Source: Macrostomum lignano (taxonomy: Eukaryota). From it: a stretch of 64,000 nucleotides of DNA. A program made the translations under genes and the position numbers. This document shows, one piece after another, positions 13,695-27,400 of the stretch; positions within the stretch are counted from its first letter, which is position 1, and the number at the start of each line of letters is the position of its first letter. The notes below the pieces were generated by a model. That model was not told the origin of the DNA, ran no database searches, and saw only the letters and a program-made list of their open reading frames with translations. The DNA is taken from the NCBI GenBank assembly GCA_002269645.1, contig NIVC01000424.1, positions 124,001 to 188,000 of the forward strand, in the 5' to 3' direction.

Positions 13695-13788
13695 ATGGAT
13701 GACGTCATACAGAGGATTCTATTTATATAGATGATGTCATACTAGTACAGAGGATTCTACTGATATAGATGACGTCATACAGAGGATG
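13695..13788. promoter_or_regulatory. Three-unit repeat carrying CRE sites TGACGTCA (13700, 13770) and a TGATGTCA variant (13732), upstream of prospero
   Basis: The palindromic CRE consensus is present; function is inferred. Confidence 0.35.
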
Positions 13789-14639
13789 TTAATATTAACT
13801 TTGATTAAATTTGACCAACTCAAACTCTAAACTAAGCCTGTGTGCAACAGGTGTTCAGTAGCGCACCTGCGCCACTCCCTAACCTCCGCCCCAGTTGCTC
13901 CATCCATCTCCTTATCAGTTTGAACTTGCCGCGCGCAAACCAGCAGCAATTAACTTGCCTCAAAAATTTCAGTTTCGTGTGGCACAGGTTCGCAAAAAAT
14001 AGGCGAGACAAGTGAAAGTTAAAGATGGAATTCCATATAAAGGTGGCGTGGCTATCTATATAGGTAGGCATGGGTAAACACACTTCAAAGCCTCTCTGGC
14101 GGTATGATTCAAAAGAGAAAGGCGCCCCCATAGGAACTGCAGAATTTCCTCTATTTTCTCTTTCCCCTAGAAGAAGACACTTCGGGCTTCACAGAGGCCA
14201 GCCGCACAGAATTGATCCTAATTTATCAGGCGATCTGCAGGTTAAAGTCTTATAGTAGTATTCTAGTCTGTTGAGGAAGATGGAGCAATCAAAACCGGGG
14301 GAGGAAAACCTTTGCGGGAAAGAGGGTCCTCTTAATGTCAATTTTTCCATGGGAACTGGGAGCGGCCGCCGAAGTTGCCATCAATAATATAAGCTTTAAA
14401 AGTGTCTCTTTATTTATACCGGTGCTGTTTGATAAATGTAAATCGTAAAATTCAGTGGGGCCAAAACCTTTACTATGAATGCGAATGGACAAGTTTTTAG
14501 TAATCCATGGATGGCTTTCTCGCAAGTCGGGACCAGGTTGTCCTAGCAGCAACATACTTCTTAATATTGGGTACTGAGGGCTTCCGACTGCTTGAATACA
14601 TGAAGGAGCTAATGACAGAGATGAGATATACAGGCAGAC

Positions 14640-14716
14640 ATACACACATACATACATAACATAGATACATACATACATACATACATACATACATACAGAC
14701 AGACAGACAGACAGAA

Positions 14717-14785
<69 letters not shown>

Positions 14786-15578
14786 GTCAGACAGACAGGA
14801 AGGGAGAGACCAGACAGGAAGGGAGAGACCAGACAGGAAGGGAGAGACCAGACAGCAAGGGAGAGACCAGACAGGGAGGGAGAGACCAGACAGGAAGGGA
14901 GAGACCAGACAGGGAGGGAGAGACCAGACAGGAAGGGAGAGACCAGACAGCAAGGGAGAGACCAGACAGCAAGGGAGAGACCAGACAGGAAGGGAGAGAC
15001 CAGACAGGAAGGGAGAGACCAGACAGGGAGGGAGAGACCAGACAGGAAGGGAGAGACCAGACAGGGAGGAAGAGACCAGACAGGGAGGAAGAGACCAGAC
15101 AGGGAGGAAGAGACCAGACAGGGAGGAAGAGACCAGACAGGGAGGAAGAGACCAGACAGGGAGGGAGAGACCAGACAGGGAGGAAGAGACCAGACAGGGA
15201 GGAAGAGACCAGACAGGGAGGAAGAGACCAGACAGGGAGGAAGAGACCAGACAGGGAGGAAGAGACCAGACAGGGAGGAAGAGACCAGACAGGGAGGAAG
15301 AGACCAGACAGGGAGGAAGAGACCAGACAGGGAGGAAGAGACCAGACAGGGAGGAAGAGACCAGACAGGGAGGAAGAGACCAGACAGGGAGGAAGAGACC
15401 AGACAGGGAGGAAGAGACCAGACAGGGAGGAAGAGACCAGACAGCAAGGGAGAGACCAAACAGGGAGGAAGAGACCAGACAGGGAGGAAGAGACCAGACA
15501 GGGAGGAAGAGACCAGACAGGGAGGAAGAGACCAGACAGGGAGGAAGAGACCAGACAGCAAGGGAGAGATCAGACAGG
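14640..15578. repeat. (TACA)n then (GACA)n, then a 19-bp minisatellite GAGACCAGACAGGGAGGAA, ~41 copies
   Basis: Direct reading. Confidence 0.95.
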
Positions 15579-16289
15579 AGCAGTAAAGGCAGACTTGCTC
15601 AACTCTTAAACCAATTCACTCACCGCTTGACAGACGGCAGACAAACTGGAAGCCACTTGCAGTTCTCCGAAGCAAAACAAGTCGATTAGCGATTCGCAGA
15701 GACAATCGGGAGATTTTTGTTGCTGCTAGCAGGATTTCGGAGGCGGAGCGGGGCTCTTAAAAAATCCCCAGAAGGGGGATGAGGAAGGAAAAGGAGGGGA
15801 GGCGGGGATCTCCCACCGGATTGGGGGAGAATGGCGGTGAGGAGGCTATCCGGGATTGGGCGCCAACCGGGGGCGGAGCGCAGAAGGGTGAGGAATTGAC
15901 TTAGAAGACGTTTTTAGGGGAGCAATTCCCGCGACCCCAATAATGGAGTGGCATTTTCAAGAAGGGTTTGAGGAAATTTGTTTTCCAGCTAATGGGGAGG
16001 CTGGTGATCGGAAGCTGCGACTGCTGCTTGCTCATTGGAGGAACTGCAGGGATCAGGGATTATAGAGATCTGGAAATGACACACAGCCAGTATTGCTTTT
16101 CAACTTCTATTCTGTCACCTGTTAGTCACGTCGCGTCTCTGTAACATAGCCAGGCATCGCGGTCTAACTTTTTGCCAGTGTTTTTCTTAGTTTTTTAAGT
16201 TACATATACTTGTACGTACCATCATATTCGTGTTGAAAATTGTAAAAGTAAGAATTCAATTTTTAATAGTCATCATGCCGTCTGGGAAG

Positions 16290-16534
16290 CCATGACTCCC
16301 GTAACAACTCATATGACCCCATGACTCCCACAACCCCATGACTCTCATGAACCCCCAATGACCGGATGACAACCATCCCATGACCCCTATGACCTTCATG
16401 ACCTTCATCACGGCTTGATGAATCTCATGATTCCCATGACCCTCGTGATCCCCATGACCCTCATGATCCCAATGACCCTCATGATCCCCATGACCCTCAT
16501 GATCCCCATGACCCTCATGATCCCCATGACCCTC
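16290..16534. repeat. Degenerate 18-bp repeat CATGATCCCCATGACCCT
   Basis: Direct reading. Confidence 0.85.
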
Positions 16535-16895
16535 AGTACGAGTATATTACGAGTATATGTACACGACGAAATTAGAAGTTTATACGAAGTGGCTATACTT
16601 TATAGATGATGTAATAATGCAATATTGCTATAAACTTGTTCAGTGTCTCTAAGTCTGTCAGCCAATCCAATTATCAAATATAGGAAGCTCGGCCCCTGAT
16701 GCTGGTATCATTATACCGACATACAGGTATGAACTATGAATTGAGTATGTCACGTGCTGCAGGAGCCCCTGGACAATGTTTTATCACTCAGGCCAATATG
16801 GCAAACAATTTAAGCTGTACAAAGGGCCTAGACAATTAGGATCTCCTTGTTGAAGGGGCACAATATCTTGAATTGAAGCCTCGGCAGAGTCCATA

Positions 16896-19440
16896 AAGGG
16901 GGCGCCATGGACAGCTGCTGATGAAGGGGGCGCCACAGCTACAGCTACTGATGAAGGGGGCGCCACAGCTACAGCTGCTGATGAAGGGGGCGCCACAGCT
17001 ACAGCTACTGATGAAGGGGGCGCCACAGCCACAGCTACTGATGAAGGGGGCGCCACAGCCACAGCTATACTGAAGGGGGCGCCATGCACAGCTGCTGATG
17101 AAGGGGGCGCCACAGCCACAGCTGCTGATGAAGGGGGCGCCACAGCTACAGCTACTGATGAAGGGGGCGCCACAGCTACAGCTACTGATGAAGGGGCGCC
17201 ACAGCCACAGCTACTGATGAAGGGGGCGCCACAGCTGCAGCTACTGATGAAGGGGGCTACAGCTACAGCTACTGATGAAGGGGGCGCCACAGCTACAGCT
17301 ACTGATGAAGGGGCGCCACAGCCACAGCTACTGATGAAGGGGGCGCCACAGCTGCAGCTACTGATGAAGGGGGCGCCACAGCTACAGCTACTGATGAAGG
17401 GAGCGCCACAGCCACAGCTATACTGATGAAGGGGGCGCCATGCACAGCTACTGATGAAGGGGGCGCCATGCACAGCTACTGAGATGAAGGGGGCGCCACA
17501 GCTACTGATGAAGGGGGCGCCACAGCCACAGCTACTGATGAAGGGGGCGCCATGCACAGCTGCTGATGAAGGGGGCGCCACAGCCACAGCTATACTGATG
17601 AAGGGGGCGCCATGCACAGCTACTGATGAAGGGGGCGCCACAGCCACTGATGAAGGGGGCGCCACAGCCACTGATGAAGGGGGCGCCACAGCTACTGATG
17701 AAGGGGGCGCCATGCACAGCTACTGATGAAGGGGGCGCCACAGCCACTGATGAAGGGGGCGCCACAGCTACTGATGAAGGGGGCGCCATGCACAGCTACT
17801 GATGAAGGGGCGCCACAGCCACAGCTACTGATGAAGGGGGCGCCACAGCCACAGCTACTGATGAAGGGGGCGCCACAGCCACAGCTACTGATGAAGGGGG
17901 TGCCACAGCCACAGCTACTGATGAAGGGGCGCCACAGCTACAGCTACTGATGAAAGGGGCGCCACAGCCACAGCTACTGATGAAGGGGGCGCCACAGCCA
18001 CAGCTATACTGATGAAGGGGGCGCCATGCACAGCTGCTGATGAAGGGGGCGCCACAGCTACAGCTACTGATGAAGGGGGCGCCACAGCTACAGCTACTGA
18101 TGAAGGGGGCGCCACAGCTACAGCTACTGATGAAGGGGCGCCACAGCTACAGCTACTGATGAAGGGGGCGCCACAGCTACAGCTACTGATGAAGGGGCGC
18201 CACAGCTACAGCTACTGATGAAGGGGGCGCCATGCACAGCTACTGATGAAGGGGGCGCCACAGCCACTGATGAAGGGGGCGCCACAGCTACTGATGAAGG
18301 GGGCGCCATGCACAGCTACTGATGAAGGGGCGCCACAGCTACAGCTACTGATGAAGGGGGCGCCATGCACAGCTACTGATGAAGGGGGCGCCACAGCCAC
18401 TGATGAAGGGGCGCCACAGCTACTGATGAAGGGGGCGCCATGCACAGCTACTGATGAAGGGGCGCCATGCACAGCTACTGATGAAGGGGGCGCCACAGCC
18501 ACTGATGAAGGGGGCGCCACAGCTACAGCTACTGATGAAGGGGGCGCCACAGCTACAGCTACTGATGAAGGGGCGCCACAGCCACAGCTACTGATGAAGG
18601 GGGCGCCACAGCTACAGCTACTGATGAAGGGGGCGCCACAGCTACAGCTACTGATGAAGGGAGCGCCACAGCCACAGCTATACTGATGAAGGGGGCGCCA
18701 TGCACAGCTACTGATGAAGGGGCGCCATGCACAGCTACTGATGAAGGGGGCGCCACAGCCACTGATGAAGGGGGCGCCACAGCTACTGATGAAGGGGGCG
18801 CCATGCACAGCTACTGATGAAGGGGCGCCACAGCCACAGCTACTGATGAAGGGGGCGCCACAGCTACAGCTACTGATGAAGGGGGCGCCACAGCCACAGC
18901 TACTGATGAAGGGGGCGCCACAGCCACAGCTATACTGAAGGGGGCGCCATGCACAGCTGCTGATGAAGGGGGCGCCACAGCTACAGCTACTGATGAAAGG
19001 GGCGCCACAGCTACAGCTACTGATGAAGGGGGCGCCATGCACAGCTACTGATGAAGGGGCGCCACAGCCACAGCTACTGATGAAGGGGGCGCCACAGCTA
19101 CAGCTACTGATGAAGGGGGCGCCACAGCCACAGCTACTGATGAAGGGGGCGCCACAGCCACAGCTATACTGAAGGGGGCGCCATGCACAGCTGCTGATGA
19201 AGGGGGCGCCACAGCTACAGCTACTGATGAAGGGGGCGCCACAGCTACAGCTACTGATGAAGGGGCGCCACAGCCACAGCTACTGATGAAGGGGGCGCCA
19301 CAGCTACAGCTACTGATGAAGGGGGCGCCACAGCTACAGCTACTGATGAAGGGAGCGCCACAGCCACAGCTATACTGATGAAGGGGGCGCCATGCACAGC
19401 TACTGATGAAGGGGCGCCATGACAGCTATTGATGAAGGGG
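16896..19440. repeat. Variable 24-32 bp minisatellite CTGATGAAGGGGGCGCCACAG(CTACAG)CTA
   Basis: Direct reading; modular variants and block duplications. Confidence 0.95.
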
Positions 19441-20381
19441 TTTTTGCCAGCCTATATTGCCCCCTGCCTATGCGTCTGTAACGGTGAAGCGCAGCAGCAA
19501 TAACTTAGAACTCACCCCCTTTGTCTGCAATTGAGCTGATACCTGATTGCAGGTAGACCAGACATACAGGCGTCCAGTCACGGTGCAGGTATTCTCAACA
19601 AGTGATGGAGTTATTTGTGACAGTCGACACCAGGGACAGCCTTGTGCAAGAATCTGGAAGCAGCTTCTTCCTAGTGATTGCCATGCCACAACACGTGCCT
19701 ACGTCAACAAGGCTCCACAAACTCTCCAGACGTCTCGTTCAAAAGGGTCTCCATGGCACACAGATTATGAACCTGATATTAGAAGCTAAGAGCCGCATTC
19801 AGCTATATAGCAGAAGTTTCTACAGAGCCTGCAACAAAAGCATTTTTTGTTTTTTTCGCTGCATCTGACAACAGCGCAACTCGGAAAAACTTACATGTAG
19901 CAGAGCAAAAAATCAACATTCGAGACTGGAGCAGCAGCAGAAGTGTCTTGCAGCAGTTTGTCAGCAAGCAGACAATCATGGAGCATGTTTTGAAGACTGC
20001 CTGACATCGGGCAGATTCACTGATGCAGATCTGTTTCACTCTTTATTTTACAGGCACCCCTATACAATATCTGCGTTTTTTCTCACCGTTACGCGCTGTT
20101 TCGCTTTCACAGCCAGTTGAGCAAAGTGAATTGAATTGACTTTGCGAGCAGGAGGGACGCTGTGCAGTGAGCTGCCGGAGGCTTGTGTCAAGTTTTGTTT
20201 TACTGCAGAGTGAAATATTTCTGAGAGAGAGCTGCAGGATTTTACCTGCTTTCGCTGGCGTTGTTCTGCTTGATTGAGTTTTGCTTGCGGCTGCTGCTGC
20301 TTCTAGGAGAAAAGGCTGGGGACAACAGTAAACTTTAAACTGCAAATACGCGGCTGTATTTTAACTCTTCAGAGTTATTTT

Positions 20382-20512
20382 CTGTCTGTCTGTCTTAGTG
20401 TTTGTCTGTCTGTCTGTCTGTCTGCCTGTCTATCTATCTATCTATCTGTCTGTCTGTCTGTCTATCTATCTTTCTGTCTGTCTGTTTGTCTGTCTGTCTA
20501 TCTATCTTTCTC

Positions 20513-20602
<90 letters not shown>

Positions 20603-20658
20603 CTTGTCTATCTATCTTTCTGTCTGTCTGTTTGTCTGTCTGTCTATCTATCTTTCTC

Positions 20659-20723
<65 letters not shown>

Positions 20724-20792
20724 GTCTGTCTGTCTGTCTGTCTGTCTGCTTGTCTATCTATCTATCTGTCTGTCTGTCTGTCTATCTATCTT

Positions 20793-20827
<35 letters not shown>

Positions 20828-20868
20828 TTCTGTCTGTCTGTTTGTCTGTCTGTCTATCTATCTTTCTC

Positions 20869-20965
<97 letters not shown>

Positions 20966-20966
20966 C

Positions 20967-21028
<62 letters not shown>

Positions 21029-21050
21029 AGTCAGTCAGTCAGTCAGTCAG
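20382..21050. repeat. (CTGT)n/(CTAT)n tetranucleotide tract
   Basis: Direct reading. Confidence 0.95.
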
Positions 21051-22189
21051 ATAAGAACCCAGTCAGCGAAAGCTGATCACAATCGAACAATCAGGGAAGT
21101 GAGTGGCACAGCACTGCAGCACAGCCATGATCAGTGAGCTGAACACAAACAGCCCTCGCATCAGTCTGCACACAGCATCTGAAGCATTTGCATAGCAAAA
21201 TTGGCACAATTTAGCCCAGTAAACAGATGGGTAGCTCACCGAATCTCAATTATTGTTGAAGTGTATTTGACTTCAATCTTCCTCAATAGCGGCTCACACC
21301 CCGATCCTCATCATCTCCTCATCCTGAATTCTCAGCTTCACTCCCTGATAGACTTCCCGGGCGCACTCAAGCGAATGTGAAGTGTAGCAAGAGGAAAGTC
21401 AATATAAAAAATTTCTATATACATGTGCGGGACACTTGTGCATTCCATCTTGGACTGGTGGGCTCTTGTCAAGAGCTCAAGTATACAAGGAATACTAAAA
21501 TTCAAACGTCCTTAGCTATAGAGTTCTGGAGTGGAAACTGTTGCAAATAAACTGTGCTAGGAGTAATACGCTTATACGTAGTTGGAGAATTAAGGCGGGA
21601 ATCTTCGGGGGAATTTAGGCATTAATTTTCAGAGGAATTTATTTGAGAATCATTCAGAGAGAATATAGTTTTCAAGCCAGTCAATTATAAATCTCGTTTA
21701 TAAGCCTGATTCACTCCAGAAAGTGGATGATTTGCACAAGCATTGCGTGGCCACTCAGGTTAATCCCCAAAGCCAGCCCGGGGTCACAAGACAATGGTCC
21801 CGGGGAGGAGAGACAAGGTTGAGAAGTGGGACACAGAAAGCGAGTTTGGAGAGGCCACTTAAAAGCAGAGAGGGCCACCTATCCGGCATATAAAACTGGC
21901 TAAGTGCTGGGCCATAAAAATCAGTTTATGGACAACAGAAGCTGCAGGGAGCTCGCAGTGAGAGAAAGCTTTGAGCAGAAAGAAGCAAAAACTTTTTGAG
22001 ATGAGCAAGAGTATAGCAATTTCTGCTCCATAGACTCCGAGTGCAAGGACTCTATTATAGAGACATGGATTGCAGCAATGATTGGCTGAAATTAATTATA
22101 TCTATACATAATTATCGATCACTTCAATCGATATTCAATCCAAACCCATGGATTAACCCAGACATCCAGGCGCTTTGATCGCAAGACAA

Positions 22190-22710
22190 ACATTTAGGTC
22201 TAATCAAATTAAGTTTTTATGAAATTTGTCATTAAATTTAGATCTTACGAATTTTAGGCCTTATGTGAAGCTTAGGTTTCATGAAAATTAGATCCCCTGA
22301 AATTTGGGTCTTTTGGAGTTTGGGTCCTTTGAAATTTAGGTCTTATGAAGCTTAGGTTTCATGAAAATTAGCTCCCCTGAAATTTAGGTCTTTTAGAGTT
22401 TGGGTCCTATGAAATTTAGGTCCTATGGAATTTAGGTCTAATGAAATTTAGGTCTGATAAAATTTAGGTCCTATGTAATTTAGTTCCTTTGAAATTTAGG
22501 TCTACTGAAGCTTAGGTTTCATGAAAATTAGATCCCCTGAAATTTAGGTCTTTTGGAGTTTGGGTCCTATGGAATTTAGGTCTAATGAAATTTAGGTCCT
22601 ATGGAATTTAGGTCCCATGAAATTTGGGTCTACTGAAATTAAGGTCTTTTGAAGTTTATGTCTAATGAAATTTAGATCTTATAGAATTTAGGTCTAATGA
22701 AATTAAGGCA
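22190..22710. repeat. Degenerate ~20-bp repeat with core GAAATTTAGGTC
   Basis: Direct reading. Confidence 0.85.
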
Positions 22711-23193
22711 GCCAGCTTCGCTGTTAAATGGTATTTAGAAATCCCAAAGCTCTGACATCAGCCATCCACCGCGGGATGCCTCTTGGCTACTGACTGAGAC
22801 ACCATAAAATCACGCAACCCGAGTGCCCCACATGCGAGCACCAAAAAACTTTTCAATCCTTGATCCCGGATCCTGCAGGAATCGTTGATTCTACCCAACG
22901 CAGGACAGACTCAAAAATACCCAAATTCAATTAGCTGAGAGCACTAGATTAACAATAATCTGTCCTGCTAATAGTAAGCATATATATATAATTATCCTAA
23001 ACAACAATAATCCCAAGTGGAAGCGGGAATAGAAGTCAAACCATATGAAATTATACGCGTTATATGCTTGCAGCACTCGGTAATATGAACATATAGATAT
23101 TTTTTAGATAACTGATTTCCTGTCGCGTGCTCATCCAGGACCTGACTTGACTGGCCACTTGAGACCGGCGAGGTATGGGGATTTCGATTTAAT

Positions 23194-24148
23194 CCACCCT
23201 CTGATCCTTTCCATTTACCCTCCGATCCTTCTTCCCATTTACCCTCCGACCTTCATTTACCCTCCGATCCTTCTTCCCATTTACCCTCCGAGTCTTCTTC
23301 CCATTTACCCTCTGATCCTTCTTCCCATTTACCCTCTGACCTTCATTTACCCTCCAATCCTTCTTCCCATTTACCTTCCGATCCTTCTTCCCATTTACCC
23401 TCCAAGCCTTCTTCCCATTTACCCTCCGATCCTTTTTCCCATTTATTTACCCTCTGATCCTTCTTCCCATTTACCCTCCGATCCTTCCTCCCATTTACCC
23501 TCCAAGCCTTCTTCCCATTTAGCCTCCGATCCTTCTTCCCATTCATTTACCCTCCGATCATTCTTCCCATTTACCCTCCAATCCTTCTTCCCATTTACCC
23601 TCCAATCCTTCTTCCCATTCATTTACCCTCCGAGCCTTCTTCCCATTCATTTACCCTCCGAGCCTTCTTCCCATTCATTTACCCTCCGAGCCTTCTTCCC
23701 ATTTACCCTCCAATCCTTCTTCCCATTTACCCTCCAATCCTTCTTCCCATTTACCCTCCGAGCCTTCTTCCCATTTACCCTCCGATCCTTCTTCCCATTT
23801 ACCCTCAGATCCTTCTTTCCATTTACCCTCCGAGCTTTCTTCCCATTTAGCCTCCGATCCTTCTTTCCATTTACCCTCCGAGCTTTCTTCCCATTTAGCC
23901 TCCGATTCTTCTTCCCATTTACCCTCCGAGCCTTCTTCCCATTTAGCCTCCAATACTTCTTCCCATTTACCCTCCGAGCCTTCTTCCCATTTACCCTCCG
24001 ATCCTTCTTCCCATTTAGCCTCCAATACTTCTTCCCATTTAGCCTCCAATAATTCTTCCCATTTAGCCTCCGATCCTTCTTTCCATTTACCCTCCGAGCT
24101 TTCTTCCCATTTAGCCTCCGATCCTTCTTCCCATTTACCCTCCGAGCC
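23194..24148. repeat. 24-bp minisatellite CCATTTACCCTCCGATCCTTCTTC, ~40 copies
   Basis: Direct reading. Confidence 0.95.
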
Positions 24149-24788
24149 TATGTCCCAATTACCCGGTTTACCATATCAAAAAACGTCAATTTTCAGTGGA
24201 ACAATACTGGTTGATATTCGAATGGATTTCCTCAGGTAGGTTTGCAAAGACAAGTATAATTATGAAAACAAACAACAAATCATACTACTTAACACAGCGT
24301 AGAGAATGACATCAAAAGGCAAAACAAAAGCCGCATAGCTATATATATGCAACTCATGGAAAGATTTTTTTTTAATTTGAAAGTCGCTTCTCAAATTAAG
24401 CTTCTCACATCTCCAAACATGCTACTGAAGATAGAAACACGGGAGCATGATCAATTTAGTTTTAAATATTATAAGTTAGATACTCGATGAAAGCAAAACA
24501 ATTATAAACTAATCATATACTTTGAAGTTCTCTTTATTTAGCTCTATTAAAGGAGTGATGTAAAATTAGGAGGACTTATACTTATACTACTAATTAGCAT
24601 AAGTAGTACTTACTTTTTATTGATTCGAATTTCGAATATTTTATATTTCTAACTTAAATTGGACAAGTAGATAACTCTTAAGAGAACTGATAGATGTTAA
24701 TTCATACTTAATGCTTCAATATTCAATATTGTAAAGAATTAATGGGTCGATTGAGTCCACTTAGCAAGCGGACCAAGTCAAGCACAAT

Positions 24789-24992
24789 TCAACTATCATA
24801 AATAATATCGTAATGGCCAGGCCGGTACAGCAGGGTGAGCACAGGAACAGACTCGCCGTCATCCGGGAACGTGTGCCGACTGATCCCGGCGCCATCGCGG
24901 TGCATGTACTCAACCGCGATGCAGGTCTCCAGGGTTTGGGTCAGAGCGATTATGTGAATATGATCGGATTCGTGACGCATTGGCTCCACTTC
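24789..24992 (-). CDS. OTUB1: otubain exon 2
   Basis: Acceptor ccccgcag|GAA at 24993/24992; EVEPMRHESDHIHIIAL...LLYRPGHYDIIY with the catalytic His. The spliced product is 271 aa. Confidence 0.95.
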   Translation of the reverse strand, partial: EVEPMRHESDHIHIIALTQTLETCIAVEYMHRDGAGISRHTFPDDGESVPVLTLLYRPGHYDIIYDS

Positions 24993-25137
24993 CTGCGGGG
25001 ATTCGAGTTCGAGTTGGCAGGGTAAGAGACGATGAGCTGCGCTTTGAAGGCGGGCGATAAAATTAGGCGACTGACAATACCACAAAATCATTCATTAGAA
25101 CCGACATTCTTAAGCATCCATTCTTAAAGATTCACAC

Positions 25138-26762
25138 AAAACCGACATTCCTAAAGACCCACCAAAGCCGACATTCTCAAAGACAAATCAAAACCCGACA
25201 TTCTCAAGGATCCTACAAAACCGACATTCTCGAGGATCCATCAAAACCCGACATTCTCGAGGATCCATCAAAACCGACATTCCCAAAATCCCTATCAAAA
25301 CCGACATTCCTAAAATCCCCATCAAAACCGATATTCTCAAAGACCTAACAATACCGACATTCTCAAGGATCCATCAAAACCGACATTCTCGAGGATCCAT
25401 CAAAACCGACATTCTCAAGGATCCATCAAAACCGACATTCCAAGGATCCATCAAAACGCGACATTCTCAAGGATCCATCAAAACCCGACATTCTCAAGGA
25501 TCCATCAAAACCGACATTCTCAAGGATCCATCAAAACCGACATTCCTAAAATCCCCATCAAAACCGACATTCCTAAAATCCCCATCAAAACCGACATTCT
25601 CAAAGACCCAACAATACCGACATTCTCAAGGATCCATCAAAACCGACATTCTCGAGGATCCATCAAAACCGACATTCTCAAGGATCCATCAAAACCGACA
25701 TTCCAAGGATCCATCAAAACGCGACATTCTCAAGGATCCATCAAAACCCGACATTCTCAAGGATCCATCAAAACCGACATTCTCAAGGATCCATCAAAAC
25801 CGACATTCCTAAAATCCCCATCAAAACCGACATTCCTAAAATCCCCATCAAAACCGACATTCTCAAAGACCCAACAATACCGACATTCTCAAGGATCCAT
25901 CAAAACCGACATTCTCGAGGATCCATCAAAACCGACATTCTCAAGGATCCATCAAAACCGACATTCCTAAAATCCCCATCAAAACCGACATTCTCGAAGA
26001 CCCAACAATACCGACATTCTCAAGGATCCTACAAAACCGACATTCTCGAGGATCCATCAAAACCCGACATTCTCGAGGATCCATCAAAACCGACAATCTC
26101 AAAATCTCTATCAAAACCGACATTCCTAAAATCCCCATCAAAACCGACATTCTCAAAGACCCATCAAAACCGACATTCTCAAGGATCCATCAAAACCGAC
26201 ATTCTCAAGGATTCATCAAAACCGACATTCTCAAGGATCCATCAAAACCGACATTCTCAAGGATCCATCAAAACTGGCATTCCCAAAAATCCCCATCAAA
26301 ACCGAAATTGTCAAAAATCCCCATCAAAACCGACATTCTCAAAGACCTAACAATACCGACATTCTCAAGGATCCATCAAAATCGACATTCTCGAAGGATC
26401 CATCAAAACCGACATTCCTAAAATCCCCATCAAAACCGACATTCTCAAAGACCCAACAATACCGACATTCTCAAGGATCCTACAAAACCGACATTCTCGA
26501 GGATCCATCAAAACCCGACATTCTCAAGGATCCATCAAAACCGACATTCCTAAAATCCCCATCAAAACCGACATTCCTAAAATCCCCATCAAAACCGACA
26601 TTCTCAAAGACCCAACAATACCGACATTCTCAAGGATCCATCAAAACCGACATTCTCAAGGATCCATCAAAACCGACATTCTCAAGGATCCTCCAAAACC
26701 GACATTCTCAAGGATCCTTCGAAACCGACATTCCAAGGATCCTTCAAAACCGACATTCTCGA
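25138..26762. repeat. 26-bp minisatellite AAAACCGACATTCTCAAGGATCCATC, ~62 copies (OTUB1 intron)
   Basis: Direct reading; starts about 25 bp from the donor. Confidence 0.95.
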
Positions 26763-26788
26763 CGATCCTCCACCACTAAACCACTAAC

Positions 26789-27400
26789 CGTAGCACAGAA
26801 GTCTTTAATAGTTTGCTCTCCGTCCAGAAAGCTCTGAAAGAAGTCGGCATGTGTCTGCAAATGACCGCTGACTAGTAAGCGCAAGAACACAACAACATAA
26901 TCGCTTTGACCGGGATTGTTAAACACGGACTCCAAATTGGCAGTAGAGCATTCTCGCCTCTCAACAGTCTCAACTAGTTCGGAGAAAGCGTCGTAAAAGT
27001 CGTCAACCGTAACGGATGAATAGCCCAACTCTATAATGGCGTCTTTTCTTTGTCGACAGATTTCTTTAAGTTTGGCAGCAGCTTCTGGCGGCTGTTGAAG
27101 CAGCTGGTCCAGATAAGCGAATCCGAAGCCTCGATAAAAACAGTTGCCATCGCCTCGGGTTCGTCTCAGACGAGGATACCGAGCGCATAGTTGCTCGCAT
27201 TTGGCTAAGAATACGGGGTCGTCTGTGTACTCTTGCTTCAGGTTGCTAGTTGGTATAGCTGGCGTGATGAGGGCCTGAGCCATGGCTATCTCATTCTCAA
27301 TGTCCTGCTGCTGTTTCTGATAGGCCTCGTACAAACTGCCTGGATCTGCTGAGGAATTCTCCTCCGATTGTGGAGGCTTCTGTTCTGCCTGTTCGGACAT
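26789..27400 (-). CDS. OTUB1: otubain (OTU deubiquitinase) exon 1
   Basis: ATG at 27400; RRTRGDGNCFYRGFGF catalytic Asp/Cys motif; DYVVVFLRLL; phase-0 donor ACG|gttagt at 26789/26788; 204 codons. Confidence 0.95.

Noticed and set aside
19450-21420. Coding-like minus-strand fragments (e.g. LEAAAAASKTQSSRTT..., LECAREVYQGVKLRIQDEEMMRIG) with some plausible splice signals
   Set aside because: I could not assemble a consistent frame or recognise a family. RNA-seq mapping would decide.
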